A stretch of DNA of 63,674 nt, the filler included, from Octopus bimaculoides (lineage: Eukaryota), in NCBI RefSeq assembly GCF_001194135.2. It is 4 parts of 3 records of this genome, joined end to end, with 100 filler letters (N's around TTAATTAATTAA, not from the genome) between each part and the next. Parts side by side here need not be neighbours in the genome. Positions count along the whole stretch, not along the records: positions 20,946 to 48,577 come from NC_068982.1; positions 48,678 to 55,155 come from NC_068982.1; 2 more parts are not named here. The stretch is one strand, 5' to 3'. This document shows, one piece after another, positions 39,433 to 51,450 of the stretch (within the stretch, counting starts at the first letter, position 1; each line of letters begins with the position of its first letter). Both the position numbers and the translations under genes were made by a program. The notes under the pieces were generated by a model. The model was not told the origin of the DNA, made no database searches, and worked only from the letters and a program-made list of their open reading frames with translations.

Positions 39433-40544
39433 AAGAAATGCCTATCACTGTAAAAATACAGAGCAAAAGAAGCTTTATGAGAGCAAAATGGCCAACCTTT
39501 AGCTAACGAGGAGTGCTGGGTCAACATCTGCTAATTACAGAGGAATCATCACCTGTCCTCCATTCTGGCAGGGGTTGGATGGTTTTACAGAATGCAACAG
39601 GTCAACAGACAATGTCGAGCTCCATTGTCTCTTTTGATATCGTTTTTACAGCTGGATGCTGCCCTTCCTAATGCCAACCACTCTACAGAGTGTACTGGGT
39701 GCTTTTAATGTGGCACTAGCACCAGTGAGGTTACCAAGTAGCTCACAGGACAACATACCCATCCTTGCATTGAAGTGGGTGAAGTATTGAGGAAAATGGC
39801 TAATGCCATGTGTTGAGAAGCAAAGAGCATCATGGGAGGATAGGAACAGTCGTTTTGCCGTAGAGGAGATACATGGCTACTGCAGCTGGAAAAAAGGAAA
39901 GATGACTGAGGTGTCGAATATCTGCTGCAAACTTGTTGAAAATAAATCATTGCTAGACAAGCCAAGAATTGCCAGAATATTGTGCAATAAATACAGATTC
40001 TAAAACAGTGTAAAATGGTAAATTTGGTGTGTGCACATTACAGGAATCTCTACTGCTGAAGCAATGTGTAGACTGGCATTAATTGGTGATATTGCACCCA
40101 TCTTGATAAAAGTTGTGGCGTCTGTACGGTGACGATATGGAATTTCTTGCAGGGTTAACATGTAACGTAATATCAGATATACTTAGAAACGGAGATAGAA
40201 TTGTCAAGAACGGTGGTGGTGGTGTTGGCACAAAGCCGTAAAATGGAAATATGAGGTCTTATACTTGTAATGATGGGGAAAACTTTGATTACTTAAGATT
40301 AACCACGCAATTATTTAACAAAACCTCCTTCTTGTGGTGCTCAAAATCTCAAAATATACAACATTCAAGGGAAGTAACTCCCATAAGGGCAGCTGAAAGA
40401 AAATTTTGGAAGGATGAAGACAATAACAGATGGGAATTGCTATTAGCAGTCATCTTGGAGTTACCTCCCTTTTTCGTAGATTTCAAACGTCCCTTTCTGG
40501 AGATTTTTTCGTATTATTAAAAAGATAATCTCAGTTTACTCTTT

Positions 40545-40820
40545 TATTCTTTGTAAGCCTAGTACTTATTCTATCGGTCTCTTTTGTCGAACCTCTAATG
40601 TTATGGGGACGTAAACACACCAACATCGGTTGCCAAGCGACGGTAGGGGGACACATACAGATACACAAATATATTATATATATTCTGTCTAACAAATCCA
40701 CTTAGAAGGCTTTGGTCGGCCCGAGGCAATAGAAGACACTTGCCCAAGATGCCACACAGTGGGACTGAACCCGGATCCACGTAGTTGGGGAGCAAGCTAC
40801 TTACTACACAGCCACACCTG
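40545..40820 (-). mobile_element. SINE family B, relatively CpG-intact
   Basis: GGGGACGTAAACACACCAACATCGGTTGCCAAGCGACGG...ACTTGCCCAAGATGCC. Confidence 0.85.
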
Positions 40821-41289
40821 ACCCTACCTAATATTTAGTAAACTCTTCCCCCGAAATAATACCCTTTGGCCATTATTGTTGAATCGCCTGTAAAATTGAT
40901 GCAAACGAGGGACACACTAAGTGGTCGTCTTTGAACATACTAGAAATAGCAGCTATGTTTTCAAATCATACTCCTCTGTTTTAGACAACAGCAAAAAGAG
41001 CACATATGATAGCGTAATTATGGGTACATTGTACCTGAGGAAAAGACAGGACGGTCATGATTGGAATGTCTTTAATCATTGGTTTCCAGCACCAGAGATT
41101 TTGTTAATGTTTTCCTATTTCTCTCTTTCCTTTTCATCCGTTCTTTAACTTCTTTCTTTCAACCATTCTTTTTCGTTCCTTTCCGTTTCATTCCTTCCAT
41201 TTCCTCTTTTCCATCTTTCATTTTTCTTTTGACTGACATTATCAAAATACAGAGTGTAGAGATGGCTCAGCAGATACATAGAAATAGAC

Positions 41290-41832
41290 GTAGTATACAG
41301 AGAGATATTAGAGACAGACATCCCTGAAAGGATGAAAGGCAAAATCGACTTTGGCGGAATTTGAACTCAGAAAGTAACGGCAGACAAAATAACGTTTCTG
41401 TCAGCTCGCCACCTTATGATAAAAATAATCATGAGAATAATCCTTTCTACTAAAGACACAGGGCCTAAAATTTTCAAGGAAGGGGTTTAGTTATTTACAC
41501 CAACCCCAGTGCTTATTTTATCAACCCTGGAAGAATGAAAAGCAAAGTCAACTTTGGCAGCGTTTGAACTCTAATGATTCTGCCAGCTCACCACCTTAAT
41601 AATAATAATAATAATAATGGTCTCAAATTTTGCCACAAGGGCAGCCATTTTGGGAGAGGGGATGAGTCGATTACATCGATCCCAGTGTTTAACTGATTCT
41701 TAATTTATCAATCCCAAAAGGATGAAAGGCAAAGTAGACCTCAGTGGAATTTGAACTCAGAATGTAAAGACAGATGAAATGCTACCAAGCACTTTGACTG
41801 GCGTGTTAACAATTCTGCCAGCTCACCGCCCT
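41290..41832 (-). mobile_element. Three head-to-tail family A SINE copies separated by (AAT)n
   Basis: Repeated GAA(A/G)G(G/A)ATGAAA(G/A)GCAAA blocks near 41330, 41535 and 41720. Confidence 0.8.
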
Positions 41833-42204
41833 AATAATAATAATAATAATAATTATTATTATTATTATCTTGGTGTACTGTTTTCATTCATATCTTACAA
41901 TGTCTTCCTCGTACAATTTTCTTTTTGAAGAACATACATTAACAAGGTACCCATTTATCTACTAATCTATTTCTTTTACATGGAAAATTTCCAAACTTCT
42001 TTTATCTCCAGATAAAATTTCAACAGAACACCCATAATTTTAGCTGTTTTACTATCATATATCAGCTTGTTGCTTTTGTTTAATCCATACTTAGTGGTTC
42101 TCTCATCACTACTTCAACAAGTATGCTGAAGTATATGCATCACTGAAGAGGTTTAATAAGATCAAAACATCTCCAGATTTGTCTCCCCTTCATTCTTTTA
42201 TTTA

Positions 42205-42865
42205 TTCGTTTAAGTCATGGGGCTGCAGTTATGGTGGGGAACTGTCTTGAAGGGTTTAGTTGAACAAATAAACCCCAGTGCTTTTCTTTTTTTAAAATCT
42301 TCTATGTCTGTTTCGCCAAACTGCAAAGTTATGAAGATATAAACAAACCAACACTAGTTGTCAAGCACTGGGGTGGAACAAACAACTTCCATGCAGTTTC
42401 ATTATAAGCATCATCATCATCGTTTAACGTCCGTTTTCCATGCTGGCATGGGTTGGACGGTTTGACTGGGGACTGGCAAGCCAGGTGACTGCACCAGGCT
42501 GCAATCTGATCGGGCAAGGTTTCTACAGTTGGATGCCTTTCCTAATACAAACCACTCCAAGAGCATAGTGGGTGATTTTTACATGTCTCCAGCACAGGAG
42601 CCAGTCAAGAGTCACTGGTATCAGCTACATTCGGATGGTGCTTTTTACGTGCCACTAGCACAGGAGCCAGTCGGGTGAGGGGGCTAGCATCGACCACGTT
42701 CGGATAGTATTTTTTACATGCCACTGGCACAGGGAGCCAGTCAGTTTCCATCTACAAAAGCCATTCACAACCTAGGACTATAGTAGTAGACACTTGACTA
42801 AGGTGCCGTACAATGAAACTGAACCCAAAACACAATCTCCTTAACCACACAGCCACACCTGCACT
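42205..42865 (-). mobile_element. Family B SINE interrupted by a family C copy (42410-42740)
   Basis: B tail at 42205-42380, C element with three internal tandem units, B head at 42745-42865. Confidence 0.75.
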
Positions 42866-42917
42866 TACAAGTAGAAATAAATTAAAATTATATTAGATTA
42901 ATACTGGAGTTATGCTT

Positions 42918-43207
42918 GTTTGCCAACATAACATGGCAGTCCTGGTTTAGGACGAATGTTGCTATAATTTAGCCGCAGGAGACATTGTTTCCAGCTGGCT
43001 ATATGACACGATCTGTGTCATATTTTCAAACAAGGGAATCTAGCACCCCTACTCAGCTCAAAACAATGTGTATCGCGATTTCCTGGTTATTTCCCTTCAT
43101 CAGCACAGAATAATTGTTCGGCTAGAGGTTTGGCTCCTGATGTCTCCTGGAGCTAAATTACAGCAACATTCGTCCTAAACCAGGAGTGCCATGTTATGTT
43201 GGCAAAC
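42918..43207. mobile_element. Foldback element with 68-bp inverted arms and a hammerhead-like motif in the spacer
   Basis: 42918-42985 versus 43140-43207 are reverse complements with 4 mismatches, with weaker pairing outward to about 42902/43221. Confidence 0.85.
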
Positions 43208-43433
43208 AGTCTTTACTCCAAAGTACTGTTGCTGAACATCTCACTTTGTGAGATTTACAAATAGTAATTTTCTAGATTAATATTGTTTTATCTCACCATA
43301 GAATTATTCTTTAAATAGCTGGGATTTTTTTCTATTTTTAAATGTTCCTTGTATTAAATATATTACTTCTCCCTTAACTTTTGTTGTCACAATACTCAAT
43401 GTTGCCTTTTTTCTCTCTTTTATGTACTTTCAG

Positions 43434-44577
43434 GTACCTCTTGTTACAAGGTGCTGACCGACAAATACTCACAGACAATGGAGAAAGACCACTTGACTTA
43501 GTAGAACCGACCGACTTTTCTACGATCAAGGCAATGTTGGAAGATGTTGCAGCTTCATGTTCTCAAGCAGAAAACAGTGATGAGGAAGATGATGACAATG
43601 ACGACGACGATGCTGACAATGATGATGATGAAGGGGAAGGGAATAGGGGCAGGCATCGAAACTACGGTGAAGACGAGGCCGATGATCATGATGACTACGA
43701 TCATCATAATGACCATGGTGATCGTGATGACAATGACGACGACGAGGAGGGTCATGATCATGGAGGTAAAGAGAACATGCATAGAAATGCTAGACTCCTT
43801 GAAGATGAAGATGTCATGGGGGATTTAGAATATGTGTCACCGGATGAGGAAGAGGAGGAAGAAGAGGAGAATCGCAGGCAAAGAAGGTTACGGCAATCAG
43901 AAAGATCTCGGTCCGGCTCAAAGTCAACGTCTGAACAGGAAGTCCATTACAGGAGCGAGGAGGACAGATTAGATATGGAAGATTCAGAGTTTGAACAGCG
44001 AATGCCCAGACAAAAACACGAACAGTTTTATGGGAGCCAGGGAGAAGAAGAAGTCAGTGATGAGGAACACTTTGAGCTACAAGAAAATTACTATCAGCAG
44101 AATCCTGATTTAAACTACGATATTGAAAATGAAAACGGGGAATTTGATGAACCACCGAGAGAGTTTGAAGAGGAATTGTCTGACAGAAGCGGCGATCGTG
44201 AATGTAGACAACGTCCTCAGAGACATTACATCGAAGGGGGTTCCGATGAAGAGAGAAAAGAGAGGTTTTATTACGACATCGAAGGCGAGGAGTCAGACGA
44301 ATTAAACAGACATCGTGGTCATGTAGAGCATGATGATCACCATCCATGTGATTCAGGGGAAGAACGTTATTACAGAGAGATTAACAAAGACGCAAACAAC
44401 AACAGCAACAACGAGGATTCTCAGGCACGACAGTACAACCATCAACAGTGCAGCAGTGAATTTCGAGGTGACTCAACAGAGAACGAACAGCTCAGTAATA
44501 TCAGTGAACAGAGTGAAAACGAACATCTACATCTCCACAAACCGGGTGAGATTTCTGCTGATGAAATCACAGCCTGA
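43434..44577 (+). CDS. Terminal coding exon: C-terminal ankyrin repeat (PPP1R27-like PP1 regulatory subunit family) plus long Asp/Glu-rich low-complexity tail
   Basis: Pyrimidine-rich acceptor ttttctctcttttatgtactttcag ends at 43433. The frame is open for 380 codons to TGA at 44575-44577. The start, (R)YLLLQGADRQILTDNGERPLDLVEPTDFSTIKAML, fits the ankyrin end-motif (LLxxGAD...GxxPLDL) and resembles, from memory, vertebrate PPP1R27 RYLISLGADRDATNDDGDLPSDLIDPD. Orthology is not verified. Confidence 0.8.
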
Positions 44578-45145
44578 ACGTTTGCCAGTGTTGTATGATT
44601 GCGTCTCAAGTGTGTGCGTAAAATGTGGTTGAGTGGACGAGTGTTTTCAGAACATTGTTTTAATTTAAATGAAATTTTTATCAAAGATTTTTTTTTTTTT
44701 TTAAACAAAAAGAAAAGTATACATATTAAAAATGCAATATTGAAAGAAGAATTATTACGATTGTGTACAAACAGTTCCAGGAAATGCCTCTCTCAAGAGA
44801 AAAGAAAAAACAATTTTCAGATTGTATTTTCTCCTCTTTTTCTACCATTATGTCTATGCAAATGAAGAATAGATTTTTTTAAAAAGATTTTCAACAAAAA
44901 GAGTTAATATTTAACTGTAAATGGTAACTTTTTTTTTTCACTTTTAATTTATTGAAAATGACTGATTAAATTTTTATTTCGGATNNNNNNNNNNAAACCA
45001 GAAACAGTAATGGCAGCAACATTTTCCATTAAGAATTGTTTGTTATTTTCTCCTTGTTATTTCAGTCATTCTCCTTAAAATGTGAACATGAAATGGTTTT
45101 CCCTGGATTAAGAAATAACCCTTAAAAAAAAAAAAAACTATGAAA

Positions 45146-45525
45146 TAGGTGCAGCTATGGTTGTGTGGTAAGAAGTTTACTGCTCGACCACATGGTTCCA
45201 GGTTCAGTCCCACTGCATGACACCTTGGGCAAGTATCTTCTATCAAAACCTCAGGCCAACTATAGCCTTGTGAGTGGATTTGGTAGAGGAAAACTGAAAG
45301 AAGCCCATCATATATGCATGTCTTTGTGTCTGTTTTTGTCCTCCACCACCGCTTGATGAGTGGTGTTGGTGTGTTTATGTCCCCATGACTTAGCTGTTTG
45401 AAAAAGAGATGGACTAAGCACTAGGCATAAAAATATGTCCCGAGGTCAATTTATTCGCTTAAAAGTTCTTCTAGGTGGTGCTCCAGCATGGCCACAGTCT
45501 AATGACTGAAACAAGGAAAAGATAG
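45146..45525 (+). mobile_element. SINE family B, full-length, CpG-decayed
   Basis: All B modules present. Confidence 0.9.
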
Positions 45526-46434
45526 GTTGTACTGAAAGTATAATCTCAAGAAACAACATCTCTGAAGGTTATATTCTTATCTCTTCTAATTTGTGAATTG
45601 TTATTTTGGATCTTTGAGGTTTTCTTCACTGCATGTTGAAATCTGTAGAAAATATTTTCTAATGTATCATATAGATATGATTTTTGATGCTGAATCCGAA
45701 TTTGTTATTCATTTATTTCATGAAAATTTTGCGAAAATGTCACAGGTACTCAAAGTTTGATAATTTTCAGAATTTTCAGCCAATCAGAAAACAACGCATT
45801 CGTTGCCTCTTCCATCATTTGTCACAGAAGCAAGAAAGGGTGGAGGCACTGGCATATCAAACTATTTTAAACTAGCAACAGTAAACAGTGAAAAACATTC
45901 TAGAATCGAATTCCTACTGTTATGGAAACAAACAATTATAGAACGTGTTTTGGCTACACTCCTCGTGCGCATGCACAGTATCATTGGTTACTATAGAAAC
46001 AGAGTTCTTCACAGTCAGCTATGGAACGCATGATGCTTCTTTGCTTACTATGCTAACAGAATTTCATGGTGTTGTGTAAAATACTCGCTTCTGATTGGCT
46101 AAAATACCCAACTTTCGCAAACTTTAACAGCTAATAACTTCTTAATTATGAATCTATGAGGAAAATGAATTTCATTTTCATAATGAGTGTACAACACAAT
46201 CCATTTACCAAATTTGGAAAGAATTGGAACAAAACTGTAGACAGTGACAATAACCACAAGGATCCTTTATTTTTCACTTTATGGCAAGAAGCAAACAATT
46301 CCAACAACTGACTGAAGCTCAGGCCTGAAGATAAAGGTAAGAAGAAGCAAGCCAGGAACAACGTGGACAGCTTTGACCAGATCCAAGAAGACTACATCGA
46401 AACCTCAACATTGTTAACCCTGTTGTTTATTTAC

Positions 46435-46625
46435 TTTTAACTTGTTTCAGTTATTAGACTGTGGCCATGCTGGGGGCACCACATCGAAGAATTTTAGTCA
46501 AAATGAATTGACCCTAGTTCCTATATTTTTAAGACTGGCACTTATTCTGTTGGTCTCTTTTGCCAAACTGCTAAGTTACACCAATGAAACTGGTTGTCAG
46601 GCAGTGGTGGGGAACAAACACACAT
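46435..46625 (-). mobile_element. SINE family B, 3' half
   Basis: TTGTTTCAGT...GTGGCCATGCTGGGGGCACC...GCCAAACTGCTAAGTTAC. Confidence 0.75.
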
Positions 46626-46701
46626 GTATTTGTGTGTATGTATTATATATATATGTATGTATGTACATATGTGTGTGTATATATTTATATGTATGTATGT
46701 A

Positions 46702-46916
46702 TATTAGAAAAAATAAGGTATTCAGAGATCTGGATGGTTGTACATATACAAATTTATTAACATGTCATGTTTTTACAAATCACATGCTCTCATCTAACAA
46801 TCTTCAGATTCTGTTAGAGTAAATGAAAATATGTGATTTGTAAAAACATGACATGTTAATAAATATTTGTATATGTACAACCATCCAGATCTCTGAATAC
46901 CCTATTTTTTCTAATA
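46702..46916. mobile_element. Foldback MITE with ~85-bp arms
   Basis: 46702-46785 pairs with 46831-46916 with one substitution and one 2-nt indel by eye; flanked by TA runs. Confidence 0.85.
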
Positions 46917-47449
46917 TATAATATCTGTACATCACCTCCAAACCTTCTAATATATGCATGTATATATATATCTATGTATATATGTATATGAGTTAGAGGT
47001 TAAGAAACCATCTGAGGGATATTAAATATCCAATATACTATGGGATGTGTACCTATGTATTTATAACCAAGTGTTTACTATTGCATGGCAATATCACAGT
47101 TGAATACTAGGTATGGGTGGAGATAAATTAGAAATTTACCCAGGATTTATAAGGCAAATAAGAAATTGGAGAAGATAAACAACTGACAAACATCAGCCAG
47201 TAAACATTCAGTTATATCTACTTGTTAATTGATTACAAACATATGTTTAAGTGATTCAAGTAAACAAATGAAATAAGTCAATAAATACGTAAACAGATAT
47301 ATATAGAAATAAATGAATAATAGATGAGTGTACAAATACGAAACTCTTACAGCTGTTTCTACCATGAGGCAGCCAAATCTTCCAAGTTATCCTCATCACA
47401 TCAGTGATATACAGGGATCAACATTGGACATTGTTCATATATATGTGTG

Positions 47450-47575
<126 letters not shown>

Positions 47576-47579
47576 AACA

Positions 47580-47730
47580 AGCTTTCAGTTTCTGTCTACT
47601 AGGCCCACTCACAAGGCTTTGGTTATCCAAGACTATAGTAGAAGACACTTGCCCAAGGTTGCCAAACAGTAGGACTGAACCCAGAACCATGTGGTTGGAA
47701 AGCAAGCTTCTTACCACATGGCCACTCCTG
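47580..47730 (-). mobile_element. SINE family B, 5' half
   Basis: GAAGACACTTGCCCAAGG...GAACCCAGAACCATGTGGTTGGAAAGCAAGCTTCTTACCAC. Confidence 0.85.
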
Positions 47731-48577
47731 TGTCTGTCAACTGTTGCAGAAAAAAATGTTTTAACAGCGACATTAATAAACTTCCATTCGATTGTTGGTT
47801 TCAGAAGAATTGCCTAAAATACTCTTCTGGCAATACACAGTGAAGAATATTGCCAGTGATCTGCTCACTGAACAGATCCCATCAAACACCAATTTTCTGT
47901 AGAAAGTTCAGTCTCACTTCACCAACTATTAGGAAATTTTCTGGCTAGTAGCATGCAGTTGAAGATATTAAATGAAATCAATAGGTAATTAGGATTTTAC
48001 ATCTCCAGGTGACATGGTTACTGTCTTCTCACATGAAAGGTGAAGTCAGTATTGAGAGGCCAATCCAATGTTGCTTCTTATGAAAAGCTATACACCAGTG
48101 AGGTTCTCTTAGATAAAATGACATACCTTATTAATTCAATCGCATATAATTCAAAGGCAGGACTATGTCAGTGTAGGATAATATATTTAAAAGGTTGCAG
48201 AAAAGGAAAAAATTAAACAACAAAAACAAGAGATGGATACAAGCTAACTAACTTCATGGTGTAGAAAATAAAAGATATAGGGGAGAATTTTTGAATTGTA
48301 GATCTTTTAACAAGAGAAAAACAGAAAGTTTGGTGAGAATAATGATTTGCAGTGAAAAAAATGGAGGACAAAGAGTTAGAAAGGAAAGGTGATTTTCAGC
48401 TAGAAGAGAGTTTTCCATTCAAGGGAGATAATGTTTGAGACATGATTCAGAGAGAATTTGTGTTCTGATTTATTGAGTCAGGAGAGATAAGATATGAAAA
48501 TATGTTTTGTATGTGTGTGTGTGTGTGTGTGTATCATCATCATCATCATCATCATCGTTTAACGTCCGCTTTCCATG

Positions 48578-48677
48578 NNNNNNNNNNNNNNNNNNNNNNN
48601 NNNNNNNNNNNNNNNNNNNNNTTAATTAATTAANNNNNNNNNNNNNNNNNNNNNNNNNNNNNNNNNNNNNNNNNNNN
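48578..48677. other. Artificial scaffold spacer N44-TTAATTAATTAA-N44
   Basis: Same 100-bp structure as at 20846. Confidence 0.95.
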
Positions 48678-48718
<41 letters not shown>

Positions 48719-49149
48719 GTATATGTGTGTGTGCGTGTGTGAGTGTGTTTATACTATTCCTTCTTTACTAAATGTAGTAGTTATAATTTATATTTATTGT
48801 GTATTTATTGGTACGTTAATATTTTAGTGAGCTTAAGGATTTAATATTATAATGACACTACGATTTTTATAAGATTAATAATATAAATATTTTAATTAAT
48901 TAAATTAATAATAGTATTTTACCTTATTTCATATAGATTATTTAAGTTATGTTTCTTAGTCTTATTATTTAGAATTTAGAATTACTTAGAATTTAACGTT
49001 CATTAAAATGTTTTTACAATATATCTAATTGTTTTATTACGATGTAAATTATTACGATGTAAGTTTATTACGATGTAAATTTCATTCATGATTTTATAAA
49101 TAATTCTTTCATTCGTGTTTTTATATCTCTTTATTCTAGTCTTTTTCTT

Positions 49150-51450
49150 AACGTAATATCTCCATGCAACTTCTTTCTAATAAACATTTTAGTTCTGAGT
49201 TTAACGTTTAAATTTTAGTTTAAACTGCAGCAGCGTAGTGATAAGTATCGTTTTACCTTTGATAAATAACTTTATATTATTGTTTGAAAAAATATGTATT
49301 TTTATATTAAAAAGCTGTGGGCCCCTGAAACCCAAACTGTTGCAGTAACTGGTCCTGAAGTGCGATGGCATTGCTGGGATCTTTGGCACTATGCAGTGTC
49401 ATCCCATTCTGGCATTGGTGTGGCTTTCAATGCCAAAATTTGGCACAATTCCTTCTAGGATCTTCCAGATGTATATTACTGCATACCTCTCCCGCCTTCT
49501 CTCCAGGGAGTAGAGTCTTAGCTGTTTCAGCCTTTCCCAGCCCAGTAGCTGAGCAGTTGCAAAGAGACAATCTTCTTTGTGAATCTTCTCTGGATTGCTT
49601 CAAGGTCTGCTGTTAATTTCACACTGGTGGGTGACCAGCTGAGGACGAATGTCTTCTAGAGGACCATCATGGTTTCCATATCTCTGGTTCTGAATGTTCT
49701 CAGGATCCATCCAGCCAGTCGTCTGCACTTTGTTGCCATCTTGGTAATGTGCACTTGGAAAGAGGTATCATCACTCATGTTGATACCCCGGTCTCTCACT
49801 GATTTAGGCTTTGGGATTGAAATTCCCTGTGAACCAGTGTACTCTGTAAGTTTCATATTTAGTTTTGGACGCTGGTAGCGCAGGGCTTGGAATTTTTCAG
49901 CATTAAACTGCATATTATCCTCAGTCCATCTGTAAATTGAGTCCAACTCCTGCTGCAGATGTGCAACATCACTGGAGTTCTGTATTTTCTGCGAGACTTT
50001 CGTATCGTCTGTGTAGCTTGAAAGGGTGGCTATCCAGGCACTTGAGGACATATCTGAGAGGGCGACAATAAAAAGCAATGGTCCCAAGACAGTGCCCTGT
50101 GGAACACCGCTCACTATTTGTGTTTTCATAGAGGTGGCTCCGTTAGCCNNNNNNNNNNTATTTTCTTCAAGGAATGCGATTAGTTTTCCTCTGACTATCC
50201 TTTCCATAACTTTGCTGATGTGTGAAGTCAGAGAGATAGGCCTATAGTTTTTGGCATCTGCTCTGCTTCCTCCTTTATGGATTGGGCATATTATTCCCTC
50301 CTTCAGCTTACTTGGCAGTCTGCCATTTGCGAGAAAGCTCTGGAAGAGGATCTGGAGGGGTTTTGCCAGGGTATGCTTACACGATTTAAGGAGGATTGCT
50401 GGGAAACCATCAGGACCAGCAGTTGAGTTTGTGTCCACTTCATCTATAGCTAGTAGTACATCTTCTTTGCTAATGTTGATGTGTTCCATCGTAACTGCCT
50501 CTCTGGTTATAGGGAAGGTAGCAAAGAAGTCCACTGGTTCGTTCACTTGTCTGTGCTCCAACGGAGTGGTGAAGACGCTCATTCAGTACCTCACTGACCC
50601 TAGTTGGACTGTATGTGAGGGAGCCATCCTTTTCAAAGAGGGGTCCAATCTTGCAGCATACTGAGGCTGTTTCTTTCGCGTAATGAAAGAAGGCCTTTGG
50701 GTTTGACTTAATGTTTTATATAACCCAGGCTTCTTTGTCTGCTCTCTCCCTCACATAGGATTGTTGCAGCCTTTTTTCAATTTCCATCAGTGTCATTTTA
50801 GGCGGGACCTTTCCCTACTTTTGGGATGCTGGTTGAGTCAATTTGCAACTTTCGTCCGTCGTCTCATGAGGATCTTCCTCTCCCTTGGAATCTTGTTCCT
50901 ATTTGTTTTGGCCGTGTGCTCTGGGACATATTTTTGGTATATGGCTTTCACAATAGACATGAAACATTCTAGTTTCATGTCAATGTCTGGTGTGGAGAGA
51001 CATTTTGGCCAATCCTCTCTGAGGATCTCTTTCTGGATCGATTTCCAGTCTGCTTTGTGGAAGTTCAGATTGGAGAGATTTTGGGTGCTTCCATTAGGCT
51101 GTATGTCTCTGGTTACTTTCAGCCCAAACATAGACAGCTCTATTATGTTGTGATCTGAGACTAATGTCGGCATCACTTTCCCATCATGAATGATGTCCAT
51201 ATTGTTTGTGAAGCAGAGATCCAGAATGTTATTTGCTCCAGTTGGTCTGAGAACAGCTTGCTCCATTGGTGAGGTTGAGCAGGGACTCCACCTGTGCTTG
51301 CTTGCGATGAGTCATTCCTGAGAGTATGAGACCTTCAGGCCATTTGACGTGGGGGAAGTTGAAATCACCCATAAGAAATATGGTCACGTGCTGTTCCAGT
51401 TTCATGAGGATTTCTTTAATTCTAGTGAGGTAATCTTCAAATTTGCTACA
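49150..51450 (-). mobile_element. Decayed CR1/Jockey-group LINE ORF2 (APE endonuclease C-part + reverse transcriptase)
   Basis: Endonuclease motifs IFLMGDFNFPHVKW and NILDLCFTNN; RT motifs AGPDGFPAILLK, NYRPISLTSHISKVMER, SGVPQGTVLGPLLF, YTDDTK (YADD-equivalent) and MQFNAEKF. The element carries frameshifts and stops. Confidence 0.92.

Noticed and set aside
40393-40464. 72-nt GT-AG intron-like segment on the minus strand in a CpG-richer patch
   Set aside because: All three frames close soon on one side or the other. It could be a UTR intron but is unsupported without transcripts.
49030-49080. TTATTACGATGTAA x3, and other short regular repeats, as a CRISPR-like array
   Set aside because: Units are adjacent with no unique spacers and no cas genes; this is a simple tandem repeat beyond the LINE 3' end.
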